The notes: generated by a model not told the origin, from the sequence alone. DNA of 64,000 nucleotides from Thermoproteota archaeon (GCA_020833005.1 JAJHRD010000002.1:70287-134286), one strand, 5' to 3'. Counted from the stretch's first letter, positions 49,424 to 59,372 are shown. A program made the numbers and translations.

Positions 49424-50386
49424 ATGTATAAAGTTATTGACTTATTCTGTGGTTGCGGAGGATTTGCAAGAGGATTCGTGGAGGAAGGGTTTGAAATATT
49501 GTTAGGTATAGATATAGATGAGAATTCACTAGCTACATATTCCAGTAATGTAAAAGGAGCCATTACATGGAGGATGGATTTAAGGGAAGTACACTCACAA
49601 GACATAACAAACATCATAGGCTCAAGCCCAGATGTGATCATAGGAAGCCCTCCATGCGAACCATTCACACCAGTTAACCATAAAAGAATGAAGAATGAGC
49701 TTGACAGACTATACATAGATGAAATGGGAAAACTAACATTACACTTCATACGTATAGTTGGAGATTTAAAACCAAAAATTTTCGTAATGGAAAACGTCCC
49801 ACAAATAGTTGAAGGAGAATTGAAGTGGGCATTAAAGTGGGAATTCAACAGAGTTGGATATAAGAGGGTATACTTCAATATACTCAGAGCAGAAGATTCA
49901 CAAACACCATCAATTAGAAGACGAATTTTCATATCAAACATACCAATTAAAATTAAACGTGAAAGTAAAAGGGTAAATGTGGAAGAAGCTCTGAGGGGAT
50001 TACCAGACCCGGAGGAGATGATAGACTACCCCAATCATGAAATAACACCATTAACTGAAAAGAAGATTAAGAAGATAGCTAAGCTAAGGTGGGGGGATGC
50101 TTTAATATTATTTAAGGGAGCTGATGGAAAAATATATAGGAATATGATTAGACTACATCCAAAACGGCTTGCACCAACGGTTATGGGAGGATCAAGATTT
50201 ATACATCCATACGAAAATAGGTTATTAACCGTTAGGGAGCAGGCGAGGCTAATGGGATTTCCAGACACCCACATATTCTACGGCTCAAGGGAAGAACAAT
50301 ACAACCAAATTGGAGAAGCTGTCCCTCCAACATTATCTAGGGCTATTGCGAAACAAATTAAAAGAGTACTTGATGAGGGATGGTAA
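49424..50386 (+). CDS. C5-cytosine methyltransferase (Dcm/Dnmt fold)
   Basis: Motif I DLFCGCGGF, motif IV GSPPCEPFT (a PCE variant of PCQ), motif VI FVMENVP, and the C-terminal GEAVPP. An alternative ATG lies at 49412. Confidence 0.8.
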   Translation: MYKVIDLFCGCGGFARGFVEEGFEILLGIDIDENSLATYSSNVKGAITWRMDLREVHSQDITNIIGSSPDVIIGSPPCEPFTPVNHKRMKNELDRLYIDEMGKLTLHFIRIVGDLKPKIFVMENVPQIVEGELKWALKWEFNRVGYKRVYFNILRAEDSQTPSIRRRIFISNIPIKIKRESKRVNVEEALRGLPDPEEMIDYPNHEITPLTEKKIKKIAKLRWGDALILFKGADGKIYRNMIRLHPKRLAPTVMGGSRFIHPYENRLLTVREQARLMGFPDTHIFYGSREEQYNQIGEAVPPTLSRAIAKQIKRVLDEGW

Positions 50387-50881
50387 ATGTACGAAAGAAT
50401 AAAGAACCTGATAATGACAATACATAACATAAGTTCACAACAAAGGTTAATTGAACTAGCAAAAGTATTCTATGGATTGGGATACAAGAATCTAGTAATA
50501 TCTAAAGCCACTGGAACAGCAGCTCAGATTGGAATACCAGAAGTACAAAAGATATCAATAAAAAATGGGGGGAAACTCATAATAACTGCAGACTTGGAAG
50601 ATGCAATAGAACTAATAAAACCAAACACGATAATCCTATTAACGCAAAAAGCGTACGGAAAAACCGCATATAAACCTGAAAACATTGCAGAGAAACTAAG
50701 TAGGGGGTTAACCGTAATGATAGTGATCGGAGGATTAGAACCTGGATTAACATCAAGAGATCTATCCTTAGGCGAACCCACATATATTCAAGGCATAGAA
50801 GGAGACTTAGGGTCAGTTGGATTGGCAACTATAGCCCTATATGAATTGAAAAAGCATATAGAAAATCATAAAACATGTTAA
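50387..50881 (+). CDS. SPOUT-fold (alpha/beta-knot) methyltransferase-like protein, possibly aTrm56-like
   Basis: 164 aa. Its ATG abuts the MTase stop. The C-terminal half MIVIGGLEPGLTSRDLSLGEPTYIQ...GSVGLATIALYEL resembles the SAM-binding knot of aTrm56 and TrmH-class enzymes. Assignment is from memory and has low certainty. Confidence 0.35.
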   Translation: MYERIKNLIMTIHNISSQQRLIELAKVFYGLGYKNLVISKATGTAAQIGIPEVQKISIKNGGKLIITADLEDAIELIKPNTIILLTQKAYGKTAYKPENIAEKLSRGLTVMIVIGGLEPGLTSRDLSLGEPTYIQGIEGDLGSVGLATIALYELKKHIENHKTC

Positions 50882-51306
50882 TGCAATATTAGGAATGGTC
50901 TAAACTTTAAAATATCCTTTAAAACTCTATCCACATAATCATTAAGATAATTCGCGACATCCTGTGTTGTGAGAACCCCATAGATAATCCCATCCCTAAC
51001 AACTGGAAGTTTACGAACCCTCTTCTCACTCATAATAGCGGCAGCCTCGCTTAAAGTGGCATCAGGATCGATAGTTAAAAGTGGGGTCGTCATAATATCA
51101 GATAACTTAGTGGTTTTAGGGTCTCTATCGGCAGCTAAAACCTTACTGATCAAATCCTCTTCAGTAACAATTCCAACAGGTTTACCGCCATCCAAAACAA
51201 TGATGTATGGAATCTTCTTCTCAACCATAAGCTTTGCAGCTTCAAAAACGCTCAAATTCTTGTCAGCAGATAAAATAACCCTAGACATATAATCTTTAAC
51301 AGACAT
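50878..51306 (-). CDS. Tandem CBS-domain protein
   Basis: 142 aa with two CBS repeats (VILSADKNLSVFEAAKLMVEKKI..IIVLD and DIMTTPLLTIDPDATLSEAAAIMSEKRVRKLPVV). Confidence 0.8.
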   Translation of the reverse strand: MSVKDYMSRVILSADKNLSVFEAAKLMVEKKIPYIIVLDGGKPVGIVTEEDLISKVLAADRDPKTTKLSDIMTTPLLTIDPDATLSEAAAIMSEKRVRKLPVVRDGIIYGVLTTQDVANYLNDYVDRVLKDILKFRPFLILH

Positions 51307-51486
51307 ATTTAAATCACTAAAATAATTTAAAGATAATATTGAAATATAAAGTTTGACTTACAAAACGATAATAAGAATTCTGATTCAATTACAGAATTAT
51401 CAAATAATTATGCAAAAACAGCACATGTAAGTTTAAGGGGATGATCATTCTTTGTAAAGATGGAAGTTTCCTTTTCTGTCTGATGG

Positions 51487-51560
51487 TGGGCGGGCTGGGA
51501 TTCGAACCCAGGACCACCGCCGTGTCAGGGCGGTATCCTAACCAGCTAGACGACCCGCCC
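51487..51560 (-). tRNA. tRNA-Val (anticodon GAC)
   Basis: Reverse complement: GGGCGGG...CCGCC-CTGACAC-GGCGG...CCCGCCC-A. CCA is encoded. Confidence 0.9.
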
Positions 51561-51671
51561 CCTCTCATACTTACATAGGACTGAAATTAAATAAACTTTT
51601 TTTGTTATATCCCTTTTTATTTGGAATTGTTAAGTTCAAAATTTTATATCTATGAGGTAATTTATATTATT

Positions 51672-51745
51672 GGGCCGGTAGCTCAGCCTGGAAGAGCATC
51701 CGCCTCGCACGCGGGAGGTCGCGGGTTCAAATCCCGCCCGGTCCA
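51672..51745 (+). tRNA. tRNA-Ala (anticodon CGC)
   Basis: Identical to the tRNA-Ala at 20464 except in the anticodon-stem and variable-loop region. Anticodon loop CTCGCAC. Confidence 0.9.
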
Positions 51746-51895
51746 CTAAACTTGAACCTAATAGACCCCTAAAGTATAGATGACTATTTATAGTGTCATC
51801 ATAGGTCATTTGTAAGAAATGATGCACTGAAAATGATGTTAACAGGATTTAAAGGCATTAAATAGTTGTGCATTTATAGGCGATATTCTCCAGCT

Positions 51896-53275
51896 CTATA
51901 TTTTCTTGCCTGGATTCATGATGTTGTATGGGTCTAGAGTCTGCTTTATCATTGATAGTAATTTTAATGTGTTTGCATCTATTTCAAGAGGCAGATACTG
52001 TTTTTTAGCTATGCCAATACCATGTTCTCCACTTAAAGCACCATTATTTTTTACTGCTATCTTGAATATGTTTTCTTTAATTTTCTCTATTTCAGGGGTT
52101 AGAGATTTCTCCTTTGGAACTAGTATGCTTGGATGTAAATGTCCATCACCAGCATGTCCAAAAACAGCGATATTTACATTGAATTTACTGCTTAATGATT
52201 TTATTTCCATAATCGTTTTCGGGAGTAGAGATACTGGCACTATAATATCTTCATCTATTCTACCACCGTAAACCTTTTCAAGGGATTCTCCAGCAAGCTT
52301 CCTTTTCCTCCACATTTCATCAGCATTATAATATACATGAACATTTTCATCAGGTATTCCAAGGTTTTTTAGATAAGACGCCAGAGCTTCAAGCTTATTA
52401 TCCATATCGTTACTTGAGAAGGCCTCAATCTCCAATAGTATTATTGCATCCGATTCTGGGAGACTTGCATTATACGCTTTGTTTATAGCAGCTATGGTTA
52501 TATCATCCATTAACTCTATTGCAGAAATGTCTATGTTTAGTTTTGTCAACGCAACTATAATTTCGCCTGCATTTTCCAAATTATTGCTGGATATGGATAC
52601 TCCAATTCTATATTGCGGTTTAGGGGCAACCCTCAACAATGCTTTAGTTATTATCCCAAGAGTCCCCTCACTACCAACAATAAGTGACACTAAATTGTAT
52701 GCGGACACCCACTTCTTTGTCCTTGAACCAATCCACACCTTACCAACAGAGGAAGTTATAACTTCCAACCCTAAAACCCAATTTTTAATGGTGCCATATT
52801 TGTAACTGCGAGGGCCAGCAGAATTTTCAGCAAGCATCCCACCTATAGTGCATTGATCTCCAGTTGCAGGATTTGGGGGTAAGAATAGGTTATATTTAGA
52901 TAGAAAGTCATTTAAATTGTCATATATGACTCCAGGCTCCACCAAAACTTGCAAATTATTTAAATCGAATTCCAAAATCCTATTCATCCGTTTAAAATCC
53001 ACAATTATTCCACCAAATATTGGGACACTACCACCGCTAAGTGAAGTCCCGCCACCTCTAGGAATAAGTGGAATTCTAAATTCCTTAGCCACCTCAACCA
53101 ATTTTTCCACTTCTTCAGAAGTTTCAGGTATTACCGCAAGAGATGGTTTACCTTTAATGTATGATTGATCCTCCTCATATTGTTTTAAGATTTCCTCATC
53201 AATAATGATCCTATCCCCAAATATGCTTCTCAACTTGGATAAACACAGTTCACTAACACCACGCATAAGGCTCAC
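51896..53275 (-). CDS. FAD-linked oxidase (GlcD / D-lactate dehydrogenase family)
   Basis: 459 aa. N-terminal FAD-binding PCMH domain (RGGGTSLSGGSVP) and a C-terminal FAD-oxidase domain. Confidence 0.8.
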   Translation of the reverse strand: MSLMRGVSELCLSKLRSIFGDRIIIDEEILKQYEEDQSYIKGKPSLAVIPETSEEVEKLVEVAKEFRIPLIPRGGGTSLSGGSVPIFGGIIVDFKRMNRILEFDLNNLQVLVEPGVIYDNLNDFLSKYNLFLPPNPATGDQCTIGGMLAENSAGPRSYKYGTIKNWVLGLEVITSSVGKVWIGSRTKKWVSAYNLVSLIVGSEGTLGIITKALLRVAPKPQYRIGVSISSNNLENAGEIIVALTKLNIDISAIELMDDITIAAINKAYNASLPESDAIILLEIEAFSSNDMDNKLEALASYLKNLGIPDENVHVYYNADEMWRKRKLAGESLEKVYGGRIDEDIIVPVSLLPKTIMEIKSLSSKFNVNIAVFGHAGDGHLHPSILVPKEKSLTPEIEKIKENIFKIAVKNNGALSGEHGIGIAKKQYLPLEIDANTLKLLSMIKQTLDPYNIMNPGKKI

Positions 53276-53367
53276 CCATCACAGCAATATTCGATGTTAA
53301 ATTTATTAATGTTTGGTAAATAACATTATCCTTCCACATTGGCATTGTAAAAGAGAAAGTTTAGATG

Positions 53368-53442
53368 TGGGCCCGGTGGGATTTGAACCCACGACCCCCC
53401 GGTTATCAGCCGAGTGCTCTAACCATGCTGAGCTACGGGCCC
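53368..53442 (-). tRNA. tRNA-Ile (anticodon GAT)
   Basis: Reverse complement: GGGCCCG...CTCGG-CTGATAA-CCGGG...CGGGCCC-A. Confidence 0.9.
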
Positions 53443-53510
53443 ATGCAGACAATATATCTATCTACAAAAATTTAAGATTTCATTTCATAATAAATTCTTT
53501 TTGGACGCAC

Positions 53511-54413
53511 ATGTATGATGAGGAGTATATTGAAAAAACTTTGAAGGCTGGTGAAATTGTAAATAGAGTTTTAAGGGATTTACCAAGAATGGTGAAGCCT
53601 GGAGTAAAAGTTTTTGATTTATGTGAGAAGATAGAGAATCTAATAATTGAGGGAGGAGGGAAGCCAGCTTTCCCATGCAACATATCCATAAACAACATAG
53701 CAGCCCATTATACAGCGTTTCCAGAAGATCAATCAATAATTCCAGATGATGCGGTGGTTAAGGTTGATATAGGTGCCCATTTTGATGGTTACATAGTGGA
53801 TGCGGCAACCACCATATCATTCAACAGCAAGTACGATGACATGGTTGAAGCGAGTAGGATAGCTTTGAAGAATGCATTGAAAGTAATTAAGCCGGGGGTA
53901 AGGGTGAGCACAGTGTCAAAGGAAATTGAAAGGACAATTAGTGGATTTGGGTATAAGCCAATAAGCAATTTAACGGGACATATGCTTAAACGATACATAT
54001 TGCATGGCGGGAAAAATATACCTAATGTTTATGGGGAATATCCATGGATCATGGAGGAAGGGGAGATATATGCAATTGAACCATTCGCTACTGATGGTAT
54101 AGGTAGCGTTACTGAAATGCAACAAGCATACATATACTCTTTAGCAAAAGTACATTCTGGAAGAACAAGACTGGAAAAAGAATTATTAAGGTACATTTAT
54201 GACAACTTTAAAACACTTCCATTCTGCGAAAGGTGGTTGAAAAATTTTAATGTGAAGCAGGAAAATATAAGGGAAATAATTTATAGATTGGTTGAGAATG
54301 GGGCATTAAACATTTATCCAGTTTTGAGAGAAGTTAAGAATGGTATAGTAACTCAATTTGAAACAACAGTGATAGTTTCAAAAGAGGGACCAATAATAAC
54401 TACGGAAATGTGA
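53511..54413 (+). CDS. map: Methionine aminopeptidase, type 2
   Basis: Start at the ATG at 53511 (MYDEEYIEK). The longer ORF runs back across tRNA-Ile. M24 fold with the archaeal/eukaryotic-type insert. Confidence 0.9.
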   Translation: MYDEEYIEKTLKAGEIVNRVLRDLPRMVKPGVKVFDLCEKIENLIIEGGGKPAFPCNISINNIAAHYTAFPEDQSIIPDDAVVKVDIGAHFDGYIVDAATTISFNSKYDDMVEASRIALKNALKVIKPGVRVSTVSKEIERTISGFGYKPISNLTGHMLKRYILHGGKNIPNVYGEYPWIMEEGEIYAIEPFATDGIGSVTEMQQAYIYSLAKVHSGRTRLEKELLRYIYDNFKTLPFCERWLKNFNVKQENIREIIYRLVENGALNIYPVLREVKNGIVTQFETTVIVSKEGPIITTEM

Positions 54414-54417
54414 GGAG

Positions 54418-57400
54418 TTACCATAATTTCCATAAGAGGCCATCCATATATTCATTCAGAGAACGAATAGTCATGTATTTCACTTGCTTCATAGCTTTAA
54501 CCAGTGCTTTAGCCAATTCAACGGTTGTTATCAGTGGGATATTGAACTCCACAGCTATACGTCTAAGCTTATATTCATCATGATACTCTTTGTAGTGGGA
54601 GTTATTTTTAGAGCATACATTTATTACAATGTCCACCATCCTCCTCTTAATAACATTTATTGGCGCATTATCTTCATTAAAAACGGCGATTTCATAAGGA
54701 GGTGCATATTGACCATTGAAGCAATCATTTAATAGTTCAAAAGTACGTTTAGTGAGGTATACTTTAAAACCAATTCTAATTAAATCAGCAATTATTTCTT
54801 TAATGTCGTTTATCTTCGTATTGTCACTAATACTTAACAAAACGGTACCATTTCTAATTGGTAAGTTAAGTTCTGCTGCGTGAAGAGCCTTCAATAATGC
54901 GTCAGCAAAGTTCTCACCCAAACATGCCACTTCACCTGTACTCCTCATCTCCACTCCAAGCACGGGATCTGCACCGGATAATCTCATAAAACTAAACTGG
55001 GGAACTTTGACACCCACATGAGGTATTGGTGGTAACTCAAATATTCCAATATCCCTAAACCTTTTACCTAAAATTGCCATTGCCGCTAAATCTATTAAAT
55101 TTACACCAACAGTTTTACTTGTATATGGGAATGACCTTGAAGCCCTCAAGTTACATTCAATTACATAAACAACGTTATCTTTTACCAAAAACTGAATGTT
55201 AAATGGTCCAACAATCTTAAGCCTCCTAGCTATTTTACTAGAGTAATCTCTGATAACATTTATGATTGAGGGCGCTAGAGTTTGAGGTGGCATACACATG
55301 GTTGCATCACCACTATGCACCCCAGCCTCCTCCACATGCTCAATAATGGCACCTATAATGACATCATCGCCATCAGAAACGCCGTCAACCTCCACTTCCT
55401 TGGCTCCACTAATAAATTTTGAAATCACCACAGGATGTTCTGGGGAAACTTTAGTGGCGAGGGATAAATATTCTTCTAATTCCTTCTCATCATAAGCTAC
55501 ACGCATACTTGAACCTGATAAAACGTAACTTGGCCTTATTATTACGGGGTAACCGATCTTGGAAGCAAATAGTTTTGCTTCATCAATCGTTTTAAAAGAG
55601 CCCCAAGCAGGTTGAGGTATTTGTAATTCATCTAATATGGAGCTAAATTTAGCTCTATCCTCGGCCATATCAATACTTATAGGCGAAGTACCGAGAATAT
55701 TAACACCATTCATACTCAACTTCAAAGCAAGATTATTGGGTATTTGACCACCTACAGAAACTATTACTCCAATAGGTTTCTCAAATTCATAAATATCTAA
55801 AATTCTCTCTAAACTCAATTCCTCAAAGTAAAGCTTGTCTGAAACATCATAATCCGTTGAAACGGTTTCAGGATTGTAATTTATCAATATAACCTCCTTA
55901 ATACCATGCTTCTTTAAAGCCCAAACCATATTCACTGCACACCAATCAAACTCAACGCTAGATCCTATTCTAAACACACCAGAACCTAAAACTATGATCT
56001 TACTTTTTTCAGGTGAACTTTCTGTTGTTATGTCATTTTCATCCCCACAATATGTTAAGTATAGGTAATTGGTTTTCGCAGGCCATTCAGCAGCTAAAGT
56101 ATCTATTTGCTTTACACAAGGAAAAATTCCAAACTTTTTCCTTAACATTCGCACATAATCTTCTGCAACTCCCAAGCATAACGCTATTTGCTTATCTGAA
56201 AAACCAAGCCGTTTTGCTTCTTTTATTAATACCGCGATATTCTTGTCATTTATATTTGCTTTACGGAGTTTCTCCTCCATATCTACAATGTTTTTAATTT
56301 TATATAAGTAGAAGGGGTCTATGCCGCTAAGCTCATATATCTTTTCGATACTAACACCAAGTTTTATGGCTTTAACTATCTTGAATATTCTATCATCTCT
56401 TGGATGGGAAATTGCATATAGAATGTCTTCAAGCGATTCACATTCATTTTCATCAGTATTACACACTAAACCATTTTTCCCAATATCCAGCATTCTAATG
56501 GCTTTTTGTAATGCTTCTTCAAAACATCTCCCAATGGCCATAACTTCTCCTACAGACTTCATCTGAGTGCCTAAACTTCGATCTACACCAACAAACTTTT
56601 GAAAATCCCATCTTGGAAATTTAACAACCACATAATCCAAGGCTGGTTCAAAACATGCCGTTGTAACCTTTGTCACTTTATTGATAAGTTCTGGCAATAA
56701 GTAGCCTATCGACAACTTGGCAGATATATATGCAAGCGGATATCCAGTGGCTTTACTAGCCAAAGCAGAACTCCTCGACATACGCGCATTAACCTCAATA
56801 ACCCTAAATTCCTCAGAATTAGGATCCAAAGCCCATTGAATATTACATTCACCAACTATTCCTAAACTTTGAATAACCCTAATCGATGCAGACCTTAGAA
56901 TATGATATTCGCGATTAGTAAGAGTTTGTGATGGAGCAACAACAATAGAGTCTCCAGTATGTATCCCCATTGGATCCACATTCTCCATACAACAAACAGC
57001 AATGCAGTTATTCGCATAATCACGCATCATTTCGAATTCTATCTCTTTCCAATGCTCCAAATATTCTTCCACGAGAACTTGGGAGATGGCGCTTTGAGTT
57101 AATGCACGCTCAACGATTTCAATCAATTCTGAATCATTATGGGCTACTCCAGAGCCTTTCCCACCAAGAGTGTATGCCACCCTCACCACAACGGGATAAC
57201 CTATATCTTTAGCTGCTTTCAAAGCTTCTTCAACGGAGGTTGCGGAGAAACTTCTAGGTACAGGGATTCCCGCATTTATCATTGCATTTTTAAATAGCTC
57301 CCTATCTTCAGTTTTCTCTATGGCATCTATAGGCGTACCTAAAACCTTAACGTTATATTTATCGAGAATACCCATTTTAGACAATTGTACGCCACAATTC

Positions 57401-57687
57401 AATGCCGTTTGACCTCCAAAGCCGAGTAGAATACCATCAGGCTTCTCTTTCTTAATAACCTCCTCCACATAAAATGGAGTTACAGGTAGAAGGTATATTT
57501 TGTTTGCAAGCTTAGGATCTGTTTGTATTGTTGCAACATTTGGATTCACCAGTATAGTCTCAATCCCCTCCTCCCTCAAAGCCTTCAAACACTGACTACC
57601 AGAGTAATCAAATTCTGCTGCTTCACCAATCTTTATAGCTCCACTCCCCAATATCAGCACTTTTCGAATACCATCAAGTTTAGGCAT
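54418..57687 (-). CDS. carB: Carbamoyl-phosphate synthase, large subunit
   Basis: 1089 aa with duplicated ATP-grasp halves and a C-terminal MGS-like domain. Confidence 0.95.
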   Translation of the reverse strand: MPKLDGIRKVLILGSGAIKIGEAAEFDYSGSQCLKALREEGIETILVNPNVATIQTDPKLANKIYLLPVTPFYVEEVIKKEKPDGILLGFGGQTALNCGVQLSKMGILDKYNVKVLGTPIDAIEKTEDRELFKNAMINAGIPVPRSFSATSVEEALKAAKDIGYPVVVRVAYTLGGKGSGVAHNDSELIEIVERALTQSAISQVLVEEYLEHWKEIEFEMMRDYANNCIAVCCMENVDPMGIHTGDSIVVAPSQTLTNREYHILRSASIRVIQSLGIVGECNIQWALDPNSEEFRVIEVNARMSRSSALASKATGYPLAYISAKLSIGYLLPELINKVTKVTTACFEPALDYVVVKFPRWDFQKFVGVDRSLGTQMKSVGEVMAIGRCFEEALQKAIRMLDIGKNGLVCNTDENECESLEDILYAISHPRDDRIFKIVKAIKLGVSIEKIYELSGIDPFYLYKIKNIVDMEEKLRKANINDKNIAVLIKEAKRLGFSDKQIALCLGVAEDYVRMLRKKFGIFPCVKQIDTLAAEWPAKTNYLYLTYCGDENDITTESSPEKSKIIVLGSGVFRIGSSVEFDWCAVNMVWALKKHGIKEVILINYNPETVSTDYDVSDKLYFEELSLERILDIYEFEKPIGVIVSVGGQIPNNLALKLSMNGVNILGTSPISIDMAEDRAKFSSILDELQIPQPAWGSFKTIDEAKLFASKIGYPVIIRPSYVLSGSSMRVAYDEKELEEYLSLATKVSPEHPVVISKFISGAKEVEVDGVSDGDDVIIGAIIEHVEEAGVHSGDATMCMPPQTLAPSIINVIRDYSSKIARRLKIVGPFNIQFLVKDNVVYVIECNLRASRSFPYTSKTVGVNLIDLAAMAILGKRFRDIGIFELPPIPHVGVKVPQFSFMRLSGADPVLGVEMRSTGEVACLGENFADALLKALHAAELNLPIRNGTVLLSISDNTKINDIKEIIADLIRIGFKVYLTKRTFELLNDCFNGQYAPPYEIAVFNEDNAPINVIKRRMVDIVINVCSKNNSHYKEYHDEYKLRRIAVEFNIPLITTVELAKALVKAMKQVKYMTIRSLNEYMDGLLWKLW

Positions 57688-57691
57688 GAAA

Positions 57692-58846
57692 TCACCTCAG
57701 CATTCTTATAAATACATCAAAGAAGAAACATGTATCGAGGGGGCCTGGAGAACCTTCAGGATGCCATTGAACGGAAAAAGCATCTTTCTCCACATGCCTT
57801 ATTCCTTCAACAGTTCCATCATTAGCATTTACATACCAAACTTTCAACTTGGTATCTTTCAATGACGAAGCATCCACAGCAAACCCATGATTTTGAGAAG
57901 TTATAAAGCAAGTATTATTTTCAATATTTAGTACTGGCTGATTTTGAGATCTGTGACCATACTTCAATTTATACGTCGAACCACCCAAAGCTAAAGCGAG
58001 TATTTGATTTCCAAGGCAAATCCCAAAGGTGGGAATACCACTATCAACAATTTCCCTTACAGTTGCAATAGTTTCAGTTAATAATGCTGGATCACCAGGA
58101 CCATTGCTTATTAAAACACCATGAGGCTTATAAGATAAAATATCTTCAAATGGGAAGTTATATGGAACTCTAATAACATTAACCCCTCTTCTCAAAAGGT
58201 TGCGAATTATACTCAACTTAACTCCACAATCTATCACGACAACATTCTTATCGCTACCAATATGGTAGGATATAGGCTCTTTAATGGAAACTTTTTCCAC
58301 AAGATTACTTTCAATCGGATTAGCTGAGCACTTCAATTCCTCAAATAATTTCCCAGAATCAACAGATACACATTCATCAAACACGTAAAGTAAACCCATC
58401 ATAACACCTTTGGACCTTAATTTCTTAGTAATACTCCTAGTATCAACGCCAAAAATACCTGGAACACCATTTTCAAGCAACCACTCATTAAAAGATTTAG
58501 AGGAAGCCCAATGTGAGGGCATAGTACATAAATCACTAATGACAACACCCGAAACTTTTATACCAAATGACTCGAAGTATAGAGGTATGTTAAACTCGTC
58601 AACTAAGTCTAATGATGGAACACCATAATTTCCAATCAATGGGTATGTAAACAATAAAATTTGACCCATATATGAGGGGTCGGTTAAAGCTTCAGTATAT
58701 CCAACCATAGAAGTCGAAAAAACAACTTCCCCTACAACCTTAGTGGAAGCGCCGAATCCATAACCAACATAAGTAGAGCCATCCTCAAGAATTAGCACAG
58801 CCCTTTTAAATATTGTCTCAGTCATTGGAATGTTTTCAGCCTCCAA
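57692..58846 (-). CDS. carA: Carbamoyl-phosphate synthase, small (glutaminase) subunit
   Basis: 384 aa. GATase-I catalytic triad region (ICLGNQILALALGG...H..E). The start may be the ATG at 58825. Confidence 0.9.
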   Translation of the reverse strand: MEAENIPMTETIFKRAVLILEDGSTYVGYGFGASTKVVGEVVFSTSMVGYTEALTDPSYMGQILLFTYPLIGNYGVPSLDLVDEFNIPLYFESFGIKVSGVVISDLCTMPSHWASSKSFNEWLLENGVPGIFGVDTRSITKKLRSKGVMMGLLYVFDECVSVDSGKLFEELKCSANPIESNLVEKVSIKEPISYHIGSDKNVVVIDCGVKLSIIRNLLRRGVNVIRVPYNFPFEDILSYKPHGVLISNGPGDPALLTETIATVREIVDSGIPTFGICLGNQILALALGGSTYKLKYGHRSQNQPVLNIENNTCFITSQNHGFAVDASSLKDTKLKVWYVNANDGTVEGIRHVEKDAFSVQWHPEGSPGPLDTCFFFDVFIRMLR

Positions 58847-59061
58847 GAACTTGAAGAGAAAGACGCTTTAAATTTTATGTTACAAATGTAACGAGAAGGG
58901 GATTCATCAGAAAATAAGAGCATCATCGTAAGAATGACATTAGGATTGCCATGAACCCTAGAAATAAAAATGTTACCTAATAAACGTCATTTCATCATCA
59001 CAAATTATAAAAATGGTTCCTCAAATTCAGAGTAAAAATATTAAGTTTATGTAATGTTTTG

Positions 59062-59137
59062 AAGCCTCGGGCGGGATTCGAACCCGCGACCTACGCCTTA
59101 CCAAGGCGCCGCTCTAACCAGGCTGAGCTACCGAGGC
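59062..59137 (-). tRNA. tRNA-Thr (anticodon GGT)
   Basis: Reverse complement: GCCTCGG...GCGCC-TTGGTAA-GGCGT...CCGAGGC-T. Confidence 0.9.
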
Positions 59138-59207
59138 ATTACACCAATATAAATTAAAAATATAAAGATTCTTTAAGTTTTTGCTGGAATGGCAATAGCA
59201 TGCTACA

Positions 59208-59372
59208 CTACTTCTTTATGAGATCCATGAACCTAGCGCAATTAACACAGACTTGCATGCCCTCCCTCTCCGTTATACAGTTTTTACACACGTTTTTGAA
59301 ACACATTTCACACTTGTATATTTCATTAACTTTAGCTCCACATATTGGACATGTATACAAAGCGCTTTTCAC
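59208..59372 (-). CDS. Small Cys-rich (4x CxxC) zinc-ribbon protein of 54 aa. It does not appear in the supplied ORF track.
   Basis: Minus-strand translation from the GTG at 59372: VKSALYTCPICGAKVNEIYKCEMCFKNVCKNCITEREGMQVCVNCARFMDLIKK. Lies 40 nt downstream of pheT on the same strand. Confidence 0.3.
   Translation of the reverse strand: MKSALYTCPICGAKVNEIYKCEMCFKNVCKNCITEREGMQVCVNCARFMDLIKK

Noticed and set aside
51440-51490. GGATGATCA...CTGA motif next to tRNA-Val
   Set aside because: The C-like box has C in place of the G needed for kink-turn formation. The CTGA lies across the convergent tRNA 3' end (51484-51490).
53313-53510. N-terminal 66-codon extension of the map ORF
   Set aside because: It overlaps tRNA-Ile on the opposite strand and has no similarity to MetAP. 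The ATG at 53511 restores a canonical N-terminus.
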